From contig JBHIAC010000007.1 of assembly GCA_046758365.1 (NCBI GenBank), positions 1-55,568 of the forward strand: a DNA stretch of 55,568 nucleotides. The letters are read 5' to 3'. This document shows positions 1 through 9,793 of the stretch, one piece after another (positions within the stretch are counted from its first letter, which is position 1; each line of letters begins with the position of its first letter). The notes below the pieces were generated by a model. It made no database searches, was not told where the DNA came from, and saw only the letters and a program-made list of their open reading frames with translations. A program made the position numbers and the translations under genes. The stretch is from a bacterium (GTDB taxonomy: Bacteria; Zhuqueibacterota; Zhuqueibacteria; Oceanimicrobiales; Oceanimicrobiaceae).

Positions 1-445
1 CTTCAGCAAAAGTCATAATGTAAAGTTTGGCGTGAATATTTTGGGAGGGGTAGGCTTTTATTTCCAGCTTATTGTTCTTGATCCATTCGATAAACTTAAC
101 AACGCCTTCTTCGACTTCGCGTCTATCCTCTGAATTCTCCATCTCCTGTTCAACAAGTCCTTCGTATGCCTGTTTGGTTTCCGCATGGGAAAATTGCAGT
201 TCCTGTTGGTGATCATTTCTGGCTTCTGTGAGTAGTTCAGATGTCTGCTTGCTTGTGCTTATACCAATCAGAATTCTGATTTTATCGGTATTTTCCAGCG
301 ACTTATAAATGGCATGAAAACCGCTTGTGTAGAAATAGCCAACAAGGCAGTCAAATAGTCTGGTGTCTTTTATTAGCGCTTGAAACCTTGATTTAAGATT
401 CTTCTGGTCTTCGTTTGTGATAAAAGTTAAATCAGTGTGGATCAT
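1..445 (-). CDS. N-terminal part of a PLD-like (HxK) nuclease-domain protein, probably a PLD-SNF2 helicase fusion of restriction/defence loci; runs off the window edge
   Basis: Not in the ORF track. Manual translation: MIHTDLTFITNEDQKNLKSRF...FDCLVGYFYTSGF...KIRILIG...LEIKAYPSQNIHAKLYIMTFAE. VGYFY-SGF and HAKLYI are typical of the PLD domain at the N-terminus of these helicases. Alternative in-frame ATG at 460. Confidence 0.8.
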   Translation of the reverse strand, partial: MIHTDLTFITNEDQKNLKSRFQALIKDTRLFDCLVGYFYTSGFHAIYKSLENTDKIRILIGISTSKQTSELLTEARNDHQQELQFSHAETKQAYEGLVEQEMENSEDRREVEEGVVKFIEWIKNNKLEIKAYPSQNIHAKLYIMTFAE

Positions 446-481
446 GTATTCAATTTTCATAGAAGCAAATCCTTTACACAG

Positions 482-700
482 CTAACATATCATATTAAAC
501 TGCAACCCGACTTTTATCTGCTTAACTGGCAGGTTGTCGTTTAGGTACCTAAACGGCAGTTCGCAGCTTAATATGATAGACTGCAGAGACGCTGTACTGA
601 TTATGAACAATTTATCACAATTTCTATCTGATGTCAACAAAAAAGTGTACAATTGCGAGAAATCGGGATTCGTACGATAGCCAAAAAACAAAACAGCCGA
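482..700 (-). repeat. Copy A of a ~200-bp non-coding promoter + hairpin unit ending in GTTAG (att-like)
   Basis: 500-700 aligns ungapped with 3949-4149, 17 mismatches in 201 bp by hand count. Both copies end at CTAAC on + (482-486 and 3933-3937). Confidence 0.95.
609..637 (-). promoter_or_regulatory. Sigma70-type promoter inside repeat copy A
   Basis: TTGACA (637-632), 17-bp spacer, TAAATT (614-609) preceded by TG(A). Both boxes are conserved in copy B. Confidence 0.7.
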
Positions 701-753
701 AAAGCTGCTTGTCGCTTATGATTTTTCGGAGGCGAGGTATCATTTTAAAGCGG

Positions 754-885
754 TCATATCGCTTTCAACAGACGATCTTTGTGCATCTGGGAGTATCCCT
801 TTACCGCCTCGTGATCAATGCCTTTAGCAATCTCTTTAAGTTGCACGGCCGTCTTTTCCTTGAGTTCTTTGAATGTGTAAGCCAT
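754..885 (-). pseudogene. Small Rho-N-terminal-like helical protein, 43 aa, probably truncated
   Basis: AGGAG RBS, then MAYTFKELKEKTAVQLKEIAKGIDHEAVKGYSQMHKDRLLKAI*. The pattern resembles Rho_N. Downstream bases read C-T-A-L-K if one base is restored, suggesting a frameshift. Confidence 0.6.
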
Positions 886-1021
886 TTCTCAATACTCCTA
901 ACTTTTAACGTTAAACACTTTTTGTACTCTCTAACCGCCAGTGTATATTGCCAACAGTCTACTGCCCACCGCCAACCTGCCTCACCAACATTTCCACTTC
1001 CCAATCCCGTTGGCGCGTGCT

Positions 1022-2008
1022 CTAAAGGTGCAATTCCACTACATCGCCATCTTGAAGCACATGGTCTCGTCCTACCATCTGCCCGTCATACATGCCACTT
1101 CCCCAGATTCGGGCCATTTTTAGGTTTTCGAGAAAATCTTTGTGAACCTTGCCTGCAAACTCCGCTACGGTACTCCCCTTTTTCAACACAAACGGCGCGC
1201 TTAGATCAGGCTCTCTTCCGGGTCGTTTGGAGTAGATCCGAATGATTTCCAGTTTGTCGTACACCGTCTGTTTCAGCCTTTCCAGGTTGCGGCCGGTCGT
1301 CGCGGAAACCGGGAGCAAAGGCCACTCATCCTCAAGTAGTTCGCCAAAGACCTCAAAGTCCTCATCTAAACTCTCGTCATCGTTTTTATTAACCAGCACA
1401 ATTAACGGGATGAAGGTCATACGTTGTTGTTCGGTGTAACGATTCTTCAGACGACGGGGCGCAATCTGTTGTTCTTGCAGTATGGCAATCGTATCCTCAA
1501 GCTGCTGAATAGGATAGGTCTGCAAATCCACCACTAACAAGATAAGGTCTGAGCTTCGAATCAGATCCAGCAATTCCGGCTCTACGTAGTCCCGGTTCAG
1601 GGGTGGGGTATCTATCAACTGGATCTGGATGTTTTCCACCGGCATCATTCCGGGAGTGGGTGTCCAGGTGGTGTATGGAGACTCCGACACTTCGGGGTTA
1701 GCGTGCGTCAGAGTCGCTACCAGAGCGGATTTACCCACATTGGCCGCACCAACGACCACCACTCGCCCCGCGCCTTCTTTGTCGATATGGAAGACAGACT
1801 CTTGCCTGCTGATGCTTTTTCGAGTCTGGGACGCAGCTTTCAGCTTGGAGAGTCGTCTGCGCAAATCAGCCCTGAGCTTGTCTGTGCCCTTGTGCTTGGG
1901 AACGGTGCCAAGCAATTCCTCAAGACAGGCGATTTTCTCCTCCGTCGACTTGGTTGTGCGATATCGCCTTTCTACCTCAAAATACTCTGGTGGGAGATTT
2001 GTTGGCAT
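1022..2008 (-). CDS. DRG/OBG-like GTP-binding protein with C-terminal TGS domain
   Basis: N-terminal PKHKGTDKLRADLRRRLSKL; G1 GAANVGKS, G2 PYTT, G3 DTPP, G4 NKND, G5 SA; TGS tail VGRDHVLQDGDVVELH. Confidence 0.9.
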   Translation of the reverse strand: MPTNLPPEYFEVERRYRTTKSTEEKIACLEELLGTVPKHKGTDKLRADLRRRLSKLKAASQTRKSISRQESVFHIDKEGAGRVVVVGAANVGKSALVATLTHANPEVSESPYTTWTPTPGMMPVENIQIQLIDTPPLNRDYVEPELLDLIRSSDLILLVVDLQTYPIQQLEDTIAILQEQQIAPRRLKNRYTEQQRMTFIPLIVLVNKNDDESLDEDFEVFGELLEDEWPLLPVSATTGRNLERLKQTVYDKLEIIRIYSKRPGREPDLSAPFVLKKGSTVAEFAGKVHKDFLENLKMARIWGSGMYDGQMVGRDHVLQDGDVVELHL

Positions 2009-2191
2009 AACGATTTGATCGTTTTGGCTCTCTTAGTTCTGAGTGCTCCTGCAGTCTCCGAACATGTCCACGGTACTTTTGCTTTTTGTCGTCTGTCCGG
2101 CCGGTTAACGAGCCTGTCGAAAAACCTTGAAATGATGATTCATTTCGCTCCGGCAATTAATTTTGATTTAATAAAAACAGAAGATTACGTT

Positions 2192-2811
2192 TCAGGAGTG
2201 CAACAATTCATTAACTGCTCCATTAGCAAGACTAGGTATATCATAGGTTTTTATTGCGGTCAAGAATTTACTAATCAAACTTCCATCGCCAATTCTCAGA
2301 CCGCCATCATCATGGATATAAAGCCCATGGCGGCCATTATTCAGGCAGAGGACATTATATAGTCTCCAAAGATTATTATTGTTTGAATTCTTACCTATTC
2401 GTAAACCGTCATTTCCTTGGTTACTTAGGGTGACATCTCTTAGAACGCATCTTGACTCTTCTATCGAAATGCCATCTTCGTCGTTGCCCGATTCTCCATC
2501 AACATGAATCCCTGCTATTTCTACAGAATCAGCAGTAATGCTTATGTCGGTACCATTAAGAGTGTTGTCCTTTAAAATTCTAGTTCTGCCAAGCGATCCA
2601 CTGTAATTGGACGAGTGACCAGCACCTATTAGTTTCAGGCCAAACACGTCAACATCAATAGACGACTTTATTAAGTAAGTCCCTGCTGGGAAAAGTATTA
2701 ACCTTGCGTCGCTTGTGCTTGCAACATTTATAGCCGAATCAATTGCAGCAGCAGCATCTGTTATACCATCCCTTTTGCACCATGGTCCACTTTAACATTT
2801 TCGACACTCAT
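2192..2811 (-). pseudogene. Right-handed beta-helix / pectate_lyase_3-like protein, frameshifted and truncated
   Basis: GGAGG RBS + ATG at 2811 gives MSVENVKVDHGAKG. A one-base loss in the G-run at ~2770-2772 breaks GAKGDGITDAAAAI...LFPAGTYLI, which continues in frame into ORF 2192-2647 (beta-helix repeats such as NQGNDGLRI, NNGRHGLYI). Confidence 0.75.
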
Positions 2812-2929
2812 CTTAAAACCTCCATATTTTATTTAATATTAATAACTTACTACTAATTCAGAATATTAGCAGTAGTGATAAATAGTCTTAGAAAAAGTAC
2901 ACGATCCATTCTGTTAAGTTAGTTGAGAG

Positions 2930-3901
2930 CTAAATCATGCAATTTTTTTGGATATAAAAAGATCCTGGTTCTCTATCCTTGGTCAGGAATGGACAGATAT
3001 CCTTGAGTTTTTCGTAATGATTGTGGTGTAAGTAATTCAGCGCACCGATAATTTTCCAATCTCTATTGGATGTTAAAAAAGCTTCTAGCAAATACTGCTC
3101 ATTCCAGAGTCTGACCTGTTCTTTGACCCATTCATCTGGATAATCTTTTGGAGAAAAAATATCATGAATGTGTACAATGACTCCTTTTTGTAAAGTAGGA
3201 AGCAATTGAAGATATTCGAAAAGAACATCACCATGAGGCCTTATGATATGAGATGAATCAATAAAAAGGATATCGTTCTCACCTAGCTCTGAGAATAAAT
3301 TGCTATTAACATCCTCAACCTTTTGCCGTATAACTGAAACACCAGATTTTTCGAGCCACGGCCTTCGATATGGCTCAATACAAATATGTTTGCATTTGTA
3401 ACTTGTTGTCTCTTTCTTATTTCTTGCAATGGCCTTCATTGCCATTAATGTGGAATTGCCACTTCCAATCTCGATGATTCTCTTTGGCTTCTTTAATCTA
3501 ATAAGGCTATACCAATATTCAGCATCACCTGATGAAAAAGCCCGGTTACTCATATAAAAAGTTAAATCATCCACTTTCGAAGTCGGAATGTTATTTAGTT
3601 CTTCCCTGAAATTAAAACTCGCCAGTATTTTTAACTGTTCAGTCACATTCCAATTTATACCCGGAAGCCTTCGCTTTTCAGATAATGGATATTTGATTTC
3701 CCGTTCATCAAAGAATGGCTCATTGTAATGATTCCTGATTGGAAATACTCCAACATTCAAAAGAACTTTTTTGCAAAATGGAAGCCTGTGAACACCCGCC
3801 CGCCTAATAATTTTGAGCAAAAATGCAGCTGGATAGACAAATGGAGATAAAACAAGATCGACAACGGGCATAAAAAATTTAATAAACTTCTTCATGAACA
3901 T
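2930..3901 (-). CDS. Class I SAM-dependent methyltransferase (Methyltransf_24-like)
   Basis: IIEIGSGNST, DILFIDSSH, GVIVHIHDIF and WNEQYLLEAFL motifs. Confidence 0.9.
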   Translation of the reverse strand: MFMKKFIKFFMPVVDLVLSPFVYPAAFLLKIIRRAGVHRLPFCKKVLLNVGVFPIRNHYNEPFFDEREIKYPLSEKRRLPGINWNVTEQLKILASFNFREELNNIPTSKVDDLTFYMSNRAFSSGDAEYWYSLIRLKKPKRIIEIGSGNSTLMAMKAIARNKKETTSYKCKHICIEPYRRPWLEKSGVSVIRQKVEDVNSNLFSELGENDILFIDSSHIIRPHGDVLFEYLQLLPTLQKGVIVHIHDIFSPKDYPDEWVKEQVRLWNEQYLLEAFLTSNRDWKIIGALNYLHHNHYEKLKDICPFLTKDREPGSFYIQKNCMI

Positions 3902-3932
3902 TCCATACGATTATCTCAATTCAGTTATCATT

Positions 3933-4149
3933 CTAACCAGTTATAAACCTGTAACCCACCTTTTATCTGCTTAACTGGCAGGTCGCCGGTTAAGTACTTA
4001 AACGGCACGTCGCAGCTTGATATGATAGACTGCAGAGACGCTTTACGGATTATCAACAATTTATCACAATTTCTGTCTGATGTCAACAGAAAAGTGTACA
4101 GTTGCGAGAAATCGGGATTCGTACGATAGCCAAAAAACAAAACAGCCGA
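3933..4149 (-). repeat. Copy B of the ~200-bp promoter + hairpin unit ending in GTTAG
   Basis: Direct repeat of 482-700 at offset 3449. Same -35/-10 boxes (4086-4081, 4063-4058). Confidence 0.95.
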
Positions 4150-4160
4150 TAGGACCAATC

Positions 4161-4437
4161 TTAAATCACCACGCAACTCATCGAAAAAATCGGCGCCAGT
4201 CAATTGGCCAGCAGTTCCCAGGAGTCCCCGTCATCGCGGCTGTAAAAAATTTGGCTTGTACTAGTACCCAGGTAAACACCACATGGATCACAGGTATCGG
4301 CACTCATGGCGCGACAATAAACATTTAAATAGACATTCTTGTTTGGCAGGCCAAGATCCGATCTCTCCCATTTCTCTCCGCGGTTTCGACTTCTAAACAC
4401 AGCGAATTCAGCATTCACCCGACAGCGAAAATCGTAA
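4161..4437 (-). pseudogene. C-terminal fragment of a BNR/Asp-box beta-propeller (sialidase-like) protein
   Basis: AVFRSRNRGEKWE...GVYLGTSTSQIFYSRDDGDSWELLAN*LAPIFSMSCVVI*. Asp-box motifs present, internal TGA at 4202-4200, 5' part missing. Confidence 0.75.
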
Positions 4438-4456
4438 TAATTCAAAAAAGGGGGGC

Positions 4457-4564
4457 TGGAATAATGGCATGGTGGAATAATGGAGCGATGGAGTAATGTG
4501 TTTATGGCTCGTAACAAAAGTTCAATACCGCAAAATTCCAATTTTCCATCATTCCAATATTCCA
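4457..4564. repeat. Inverted pair of degenerate 8-mer tandem arrays (TGGAATAA... / ...TTCCAATA)
   Basis: tggaataa-tggcatgg-tggaataa-tggagcga-tggagtaa, then ttccaatt-ttccatca-ttccaata-ttcca. Confidence 0.75.
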
Positions 4565-4685
4565 CCTATGTCACTATTAGAATTTCCAAGGCATTCAATA
4601 TTCTTGCCTAAAAACAAAGAGTTGATTGGTAAGACTATATAGACGAGTTGGGACACTTGCGCAAATCCGTGTGCCAAAAGGTTGA

Positions 4686-5435
4686 TCAGCTCAAAATGGC
4701 CCTAAAATATTCTCTCTTCATCCGGGCGATGTGAGCAATAGAAATTTCCTTGGGACAGACGGCCTCACACTCCGCATGATTTGAACAATCGCCAAAGCCC
4801 TCTTTATCCATTTGCTCCACAACGCGCAGCACACGCCGTTTCCTTTCGGGGAGTCCTTGGGGTAATAAAGCGAAGTGTGCGATCTTAGCTGCGACAAAAA
4901 GCGAAGCAGATGCATTAGGACAAGCGGCCACACAGGCCCCACACCCGATACACGCAGCAGCATCCATGGCTTCGTCAGCCTTTTCTTTTTGGATGGGTAT
5001 CGCATTAGCATCGGGGGCACTTCCTGTGTTTACCGAAATATATCCACCGGCAGCCATAACGCGGTCGAAAGCACTGCGGTCTACAACCAAATCTTTAATC
5101 ACAGGGAAGGCTTTAGCTCGAAAGGGCTCGATGGTGATAGTATCGCCATCCTTAAAATGACGCATATGGAGTTGGCAGGCTGCTGTGGCCTGCTGAGGAC
5201 CATGCGCTAATCCATTGATTACCAGACTGCACATCCCACAGATGCCTTCCCGACAATCGTTATCAAATTCAATGGGATCATCGCCCTTTTTAATAAGGCC
5301 CTCATTAAGCACATCGAGCATTTCAAGAATTGACATATCCGGGGAAACATCTTTCAGTGTGTAAGGAACCATTTTCCCATGGCTGTTTGTATTTTTCTGT
5401 CGCCATATCAATAAATTCAGTGTCATCTTTTTCAT
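4686..5435 (-). CDS. sdhB: Succinate dehydrogenase/fumarate reductase iron-sulfur subunit
   Basis: [21 protein letters not shown] and [13 protein letters not shown]e-S motifs. Confidence 0.96.
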   Translation of the reverse strand: MKKMTLNLLIWRQKNTNSHGKMVPYTLKDVSPDMSILEMLDVLNEGLIKKGDDPIEFDNDCREGICGMCSLVINGLAHGPQQATAACQLHMRHFKDGDTITIEPFRAKAFPVIKDLVVDRSAFDRVMAAGGYISVNTGSAPDANAIPIQKEKADEAMDAAACIGCGACVAACPNASASLFVAAKIAHFALLPQGLPERKRRVLRVVEQMDKEGFGDCSNHAECEAVCPKEISIAHIARMKREYFRAILS

Positions 5436-5448
5436 CTACATTGACTCC

Positions 5449-7359
5449 TTACTTATAACTGCGTTGGGTTGGTTTAACATATTCGAATTTTAGCGGCTCT
5501 TTGTGAAGCTCTGGAGCCTTACCGTTTTTATATTCCCAGTTGGCAACATAACAGAATTTTTTATCATCACGCTTGGCTTCTCCCTCGGGGGTCTGAAATT
5601 CTTCACGGAAATGGCCACCACATGATTCTTCACGATGAAGCGCATCCATGGCCATAAGCTCTGCAAGTTCAAAGTAATCGGCAACTCGTCCAGCAAATTC
5701 TAAATTCTTATTCAAGTTTTCTGCATCACCTGGGATTTGAACATTTTGCCAAAATTCTTCTCGGAGTTTTGGAATTTCTTTTAAAGCATGTTTGAGGCCA
5801 TCAGCATTTCGAGACATGCCAATGTACTCCCAGACCATCTGGCCAAGCTCTTGATGAAATTCAGTGACTGTTTTGTTGCCTTTTATTGATAAGAGCTTGT
5901 TTACTTGGCTCTCTAGGTATTCTTGCGATTCTTTAAAAGCATCATGGTCGGTGGAGATTTTTTGTAAATTATTCCCAGCGATATAATCTCCAATAGTATA
6001 TGGAATTATAAAGTATCCATCAGCCAGACCCTGCATTAAGGCGCTAGCTCCAAGGCGATTGGCTCCATGGTCAGAGAAATTGGCTTCCCCTAAAACGAAG
6101 AGCCCGGGGATGGTACTCATCAAGTTGTAGTCAACCCACAGGCCGCCCATAACGTAATGCGAAGCCGGATAAATCCGCATGGGGACCGCATAGGGATTCT
6201 CACCCGTGATGCGCTCATACATATCGAAAAGATTACCATATTTTTCTTCAATGGCTTCCACACCCATTTGTTTGATGGCGTCGGCAAAATCCAAATAAAC
6301 TGCGAAGCCGGTTTCCCCGATCCCACGTCCTTCATCACATACGGCCTTGGCATTTCGCGAAGCAACGTCCCTTGGCACCAGGTTGCCGAAACTAGGATAT
6401 TTTCTTTCTAAATAATAATCCCTTTCTGCCTCTGGGATTTCATTTGGAGACCGGGTATCGCCTTTATTTTTCGGAACCCAAACACGGCCATCATTCCGCA
6501 AGCTTTCGCTCATTAAAGTGAGCTTAGATTGATAGTCTCCAGAAACGGGAATACAGGTGGGATGGATTTGGGTATAACATGGATTGCCAAATAAAGCACC
6601 TCGCTTGTAGCATCGCCAGATAGCGGTTGCATTAGAGTTTTTGGCATTAGTTGAGAGGTAATAGACATTGCCATAGCCACCGGTCGCCAGAACGACCGCA
6701 TCCCCTGCAAAGGACTCAATTTCGCCAGTGACTAAATTGCGAGTCAGAATTCCTCGAGCTTTTCCATCGATGACGACCAGGTCCAGCATTTCACGACGTG
6801 GAAATATTTCTACGCGTCCACTATCAACCTGGCGCATGAGAGCGCTATAGGCACCCAAAAGAAGCTGCTGCCCCGTTTGCCCTCGGCAGTAAAAAGTTCG
6901 TGAGACTTGGGCTCCTCCAAATGAACGATTGGAGAGTAGACCTCCGTATTCCCGATTGAAAGGTACTCCTTGAGACACACACTGGTCAATGATATTGTTG
7001 CTGATTTGAGCCAGACGATAGACATTGGCCTCGCGCGATCGGTAATCACCACCTTTGATGGTGTCGTAGAATAGTCGCCAAATACTGTCGCCATCGTTAG
7101 GATAATTTTTGGCTGCATTAATGCCGCCTTGGGCTGCGATGCTATGGGCCCTTCTTGGAGAATCCTGAATACAGAAATTTTTAACATGGTAGCCTAATTC
7201 AGCTAAGCTGGCGGCAGCCGAAGCCCCGGCCAGACCGGTCCCCACAACCAAAATGTTAAATTTCCGTTTGTTTGCTGGGTTTACGAGTTTAATCTCTGAT
7301 TGGTGTTGGTCCCATTTTTCATGTAAAGGACCACTTGGAACCTTTGATTCGAGTTTCAT
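5449..7359 (-). CDS. sdhA: Succinate dehydrogenase/fumarate reductase flavoprotein subunit
   Basis: [43 protein letters not shown]. Likely start MKLESK at 7359, overlapping the sdhC stop (TAATG). Confidence 0.96.
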   Translation of the reverse strand: MKLESKVPSGPLHEKWDQHQSEIKLVNPANKRKFNILVVGTGLAGASAAASLAELGYHVKNFCIQDSPRRAHSIAAQGGINAAKNYPNDGDSIWRLFYDTIKGGDYRSREANVYRLAQISNNIIDQCVSQGVPFNREYGGLLSNRSFGGAQVSRTFYCRGQTGQQLLLGAYSALMRQVDSGRVEIFPRREMLDLVVIDGKARGILTRNLVTGEIESFAGDAVVLATGGYGNVYYLSTNAKNSNATAIWRCYKRGALFGNPCYTQIHPTCIPVSGDYQSKLTLMSESLRNDGRVWVPKNKGDTRSPNEIPEAERDYYLERKYPSFGNLVPRDVASRNAKAVCDEGRGIGETGFAVYLDFADAIKQMGVEAIEEKYGNLFDMYERITGENPYAVPMRIYPASHYVMGGLWVDYNLMSTIPGLFVLGEANFSDHGANRLGASALMQGLADGYFIIPYTIGDYIAGNNLQKISTDHDAFKESQEYLESQVNKLLSIKGNKTVTEFHQELGQMVWEYIGMSRNADGLKHALKEIPKLREEFWQNVQIPGDAENLNKNLEFAGRVADYFELAELMAMDALHREESCGGHFREEFQTPEGEAKRDDKKFCYVANWEYKNGKAPELHKEPLKFEYVKPTQRSYK

Positions 7360-8042
7360 TATGAAGCTCCTGTGAAATAAATCCAAATTGGTATTCCCAA
7401 AAATCCAACGGCCAGTAAAATTGCAATAATAATTCCTATGGTATAAATGAATGGGGTAAAACGTGGATGATACACACCGAGAGATTGAAACGCACTCCAA
7501 AATCCATGGCTGAGATGAAAACCAAGGAACCCCATTGCCAATACGTACCAAATGACATATCCTGGTTTACTGAACACTTCCATGACCAAACGATACAAAT
7601 CTCTCATTTCTACACCGTCAACGGTCGTGTTGTAATAGGTGCCATATTTAAAGGTCTTAAGATGTATAGCTACAAAGAAAAGAAGAACGAGACCAGTGTA
7701 AATCATCGTCGTCGAAGCAATCGTTTTTCTACTGGGGTTACCTGCTTTAGCCGTCTTATGATAACCTATCGGACGCGCCTTATTCTTTCCTAAAAAAACA
7801 GAAACACCAGAGATGATGTGAAAAATGAAAAATGCCAGCATTATGAATTCTACAATAATCAGAAGCCAACTAAAACTAATTAAAAAATAAGAATATTTAT
7901 TAAAAGGCTCGGGATTTTTACTAAATAATAATAGATTGCCTGACAAGTGTTCAATCAAAAAAATAATCATCGCAAGTCCTGTCAGAGACATTACGAGTTT
8001 TTTGCCGATTGAAGACCAAAGAAATTTGGAAAGTGTAGGCAT
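7359..8042 (-). CDS. sdhC: Succinate dehydrogenase cytochrome b558 subunit
   Basis: [32 protein letters not shown]; 5 hydrophobic segments; first gene of the operon. Confidence 0.93.
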   Translation of the reverse strand: MPTLSKFLWSSIGKKLVMSLTGLAMIIFLIEHLSGNLLLFSKNPEPFNKYSYFLISFSWLLIIVEFIMLAFFIFHIISGVSVFLGKNKARPIGYHKTAKAGNPSRKTIASTTMIYTGLVLLFFVAIHLKTFKYGTYYNTTVDGVEMRDLYRLVMEVFSKPGYVIWYVLAMGFLGFHLSHGFWSAFQSLGVYHPRFTPFIYTIGIIIAILLAVGFLGIPIWIYFTGAS

Positions 8043-8192
8043 ATTTTAAACTCCGGAATTAGAATTCATAATTAATTGATACATAAATACGGATTAAAAA
8101 TTTTTATACAGTTTTGAATATAATTTATTTGCCCTAAAAAATCAAGTAGGTTATTAGTTCTACAAGCAGGAACCTTACCAAATAGGTTGCTG

Positions 8193-9257
8193 CTATTTTT
8201 TCTTTTCTGGCAATTCAATTAAATAAGTTCCCTTAATGGGCTTGAACCCATCTTCGGTGTAGCAGGAAGCCGCTGGTTCCTTTCCCTTTTTCCCTCGAAT
8301 AGCTGCGCACCCCACTTCACCATCTTTATTGACTGCAACAAACTTATCGTTGAAATTTACCTTTTCTGCCCCTCCATTGATATCGATGATTCTTTGGCAG
8401 ACAACCTCACAGGCTTTCTGAGGCGACATGCCGCTGCGCATTTTTTCCACTACAAGAAAGCTTCCACAGGTGCGGATAACTTCTTCGCCGCGTCCTGTCG
8501 CTCCGGCAGCGCCAACATCGTTGTCTACATATAATCCTGCGCCAATAATAGGGGAGTCCCCAACGCGCCCAGGAATTTTCCAGGCTAGGCCGCTGGTGGT
8601 GGTGATGCCAGCCACATTACCATCACGGTCAATTCCCAGGACATTGATAGTACCAGAAATTCTTTTTTTTTCTGTTTCATATTTTCCGTCGGCTGGCGGA
8701 AACCAATCGTCTTGGTTACTAAGATTTTCTTTCCATTTAAGCCACCGAATTCGAGATTTCTCGGTTAACAGGTTCTCTTCTGTGAATCCGTGTGCTTTTG
8801 CAAATCTCAAGGCGCCTTCTCCCACTAATAACATATGGTCAGTGCGCTCCATCACAAGACGCGCTACAGAGCAGGGGGTCTTAATTCGCTCTAAACAGGC
8901 TACAGAGCCGCAGTTGTGAGTGGGACCGTACATAACCGAAGAATCCAATTGCACGACGCCTTCTTCATTGGGTAACCCACCATATCCGACACTCATATCT
9001 TCTGGGTCCAGTTCAACTACGTTAGCCCCTTTTTCTACGGCGTCAAGCACGTTACCTTTTTGACTCAAAATTTCCCAGGCCGGGGTTAAAACTTTTTCCC
9101 CCCATTTTTCATCCCGGCTACATAGTACTACTGGTAATCTCGCGGCTGAACTTTTTCGAACAATTATGACTTCTGGAAATTTAGGAATAAAAGGAAAAAT
9201 TAATCCTACTCCTGCTGCGCTTTTTAAGAATTTTCTACGGCTTAAATGTTTAGGCAT
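8193..9257 (-). CDS. Glycosylasparaginase / asparaginase-2 family Ntn-hydrolase with Tat signal
   Basis: SRRKFLK Tat motif; SVGYGGLP, G|TINVLGID autocleavage Thr, GRVGDSPIIGAG, TGRGEE. AGGAGG RBS favours ATG 9257. Confidence 0.9.
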   Translation of the reverse strand: MPKHLSRRKFLKSAAGVGLIFPFIPKFPEVIIVRKSSAARLPVVLCSRDEKWGEKVLTPAWEILSQKGNVLDAVEKGANVVELDPEDMSVGYGGLPNEEGVVQLDSSVMYGPTHNCGSVACLERIKTPCSVARLVMERTDHMLLVGEGALRFAKAHGFTEENLLTEKSRIRWLKWKENLSNQDDWFPPADGKYETEKKRISGTINVLGIDRDGNVAGITTTSGLAWKIPGRVGDSPIIGAGLYVDNDVGAAGATGRGEEVIRTCGSFLVVEKMRSGMSPQKACEVVCQRIIDINGGAEKVNFNDKFVAVNKDGEVGCAAIRGKKGKEPAASCYTEDGFKPIKGTYLIELPEKKK

Positions 9258-9396
9258 TTTCAACCTCCTTAATTTAGATGAAGCCTAATGGCTAAAAATT
9301 AGTTTTGATTATTAAAGGTTTATATTAAGTTTTGTAATTTTTCTTATATTCAATTCCTTCAATTTTAATGTAAGAAATCAAGTCAATCGGAGCTAC

Positions 9397-9429
9397 ACCT
9401 TTACTAAACTTTGGAAGTTTAGTAAAGGT
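9397..9429. repeat. Perfect 15-bp inverted repeat (REP-like hairpin)
   Basis: ACCTTTACTAAACTT-tgg-AAGTTTAGTAAAGGT in the divergent intergenic region. Confidence 0.8.
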
Positions 9430-9793
9430 CATTCATTTATTAAACGTTTCTTAGTGATTTTTGAGCTCCATTTAGCCGAGAAGCTTCTAGATTTTAGAAA
9501 AGATCGCAAACAAAACGTTTGCATTATTTGTAAGTTAACCATCTCGATTGACAATAGGCTTTACCTTTTCTGCATTAAACGTCTCAAATGAGTATAATTG
9601 ACGTTAGAGTGAAGTAAATAAAGAAATTATTGAGAACTTACGATTGTTTTTTATATAGAATACTTGCATCTTTAAAATTTATTTTTAAACAAAATAATAA
9701 TATTATCCATTTGTGTCAAGATTTGGAACAATTTTTTGTTGAATTTGTTGGAAATTTATGATATATTTTTAAATAAATCATGGAGATTACAAA

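Noticed and set aside
482..691. 69-aa ORF and its 91-aa twin at 3928-4203 as a duplicated small protein
   Set aside because: Similarity simply follows the DNA repeat. Starts and ends differ, there is no RBS, and the ORFs overlay a clear promoter and palindromes.
482..4149. The 200-bp repeats as CRISPR repeats, IS ends or prophage att sites
   Set aside because: Only two long copies with no spacers, no terminal inverted repeats, and no transposase or phage genes between them.
4200..4202. In-frame TGA as selenocysteine or recoding
   Set aside because: It lies in a 5'-truncated fragment at a non-catalytic position; other genes here use TGA as a normal stop.
7360..7551. 64-aa N-terminal extension of SdhA in the ORF track
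   Set aside because: It overlaps sdhC; TAATG coupling at 7359-7361 marks the real start. The same applies to extensions of korB (48935), the sulfotransferase (32613) and the Spy-like lipoprotein (35650).
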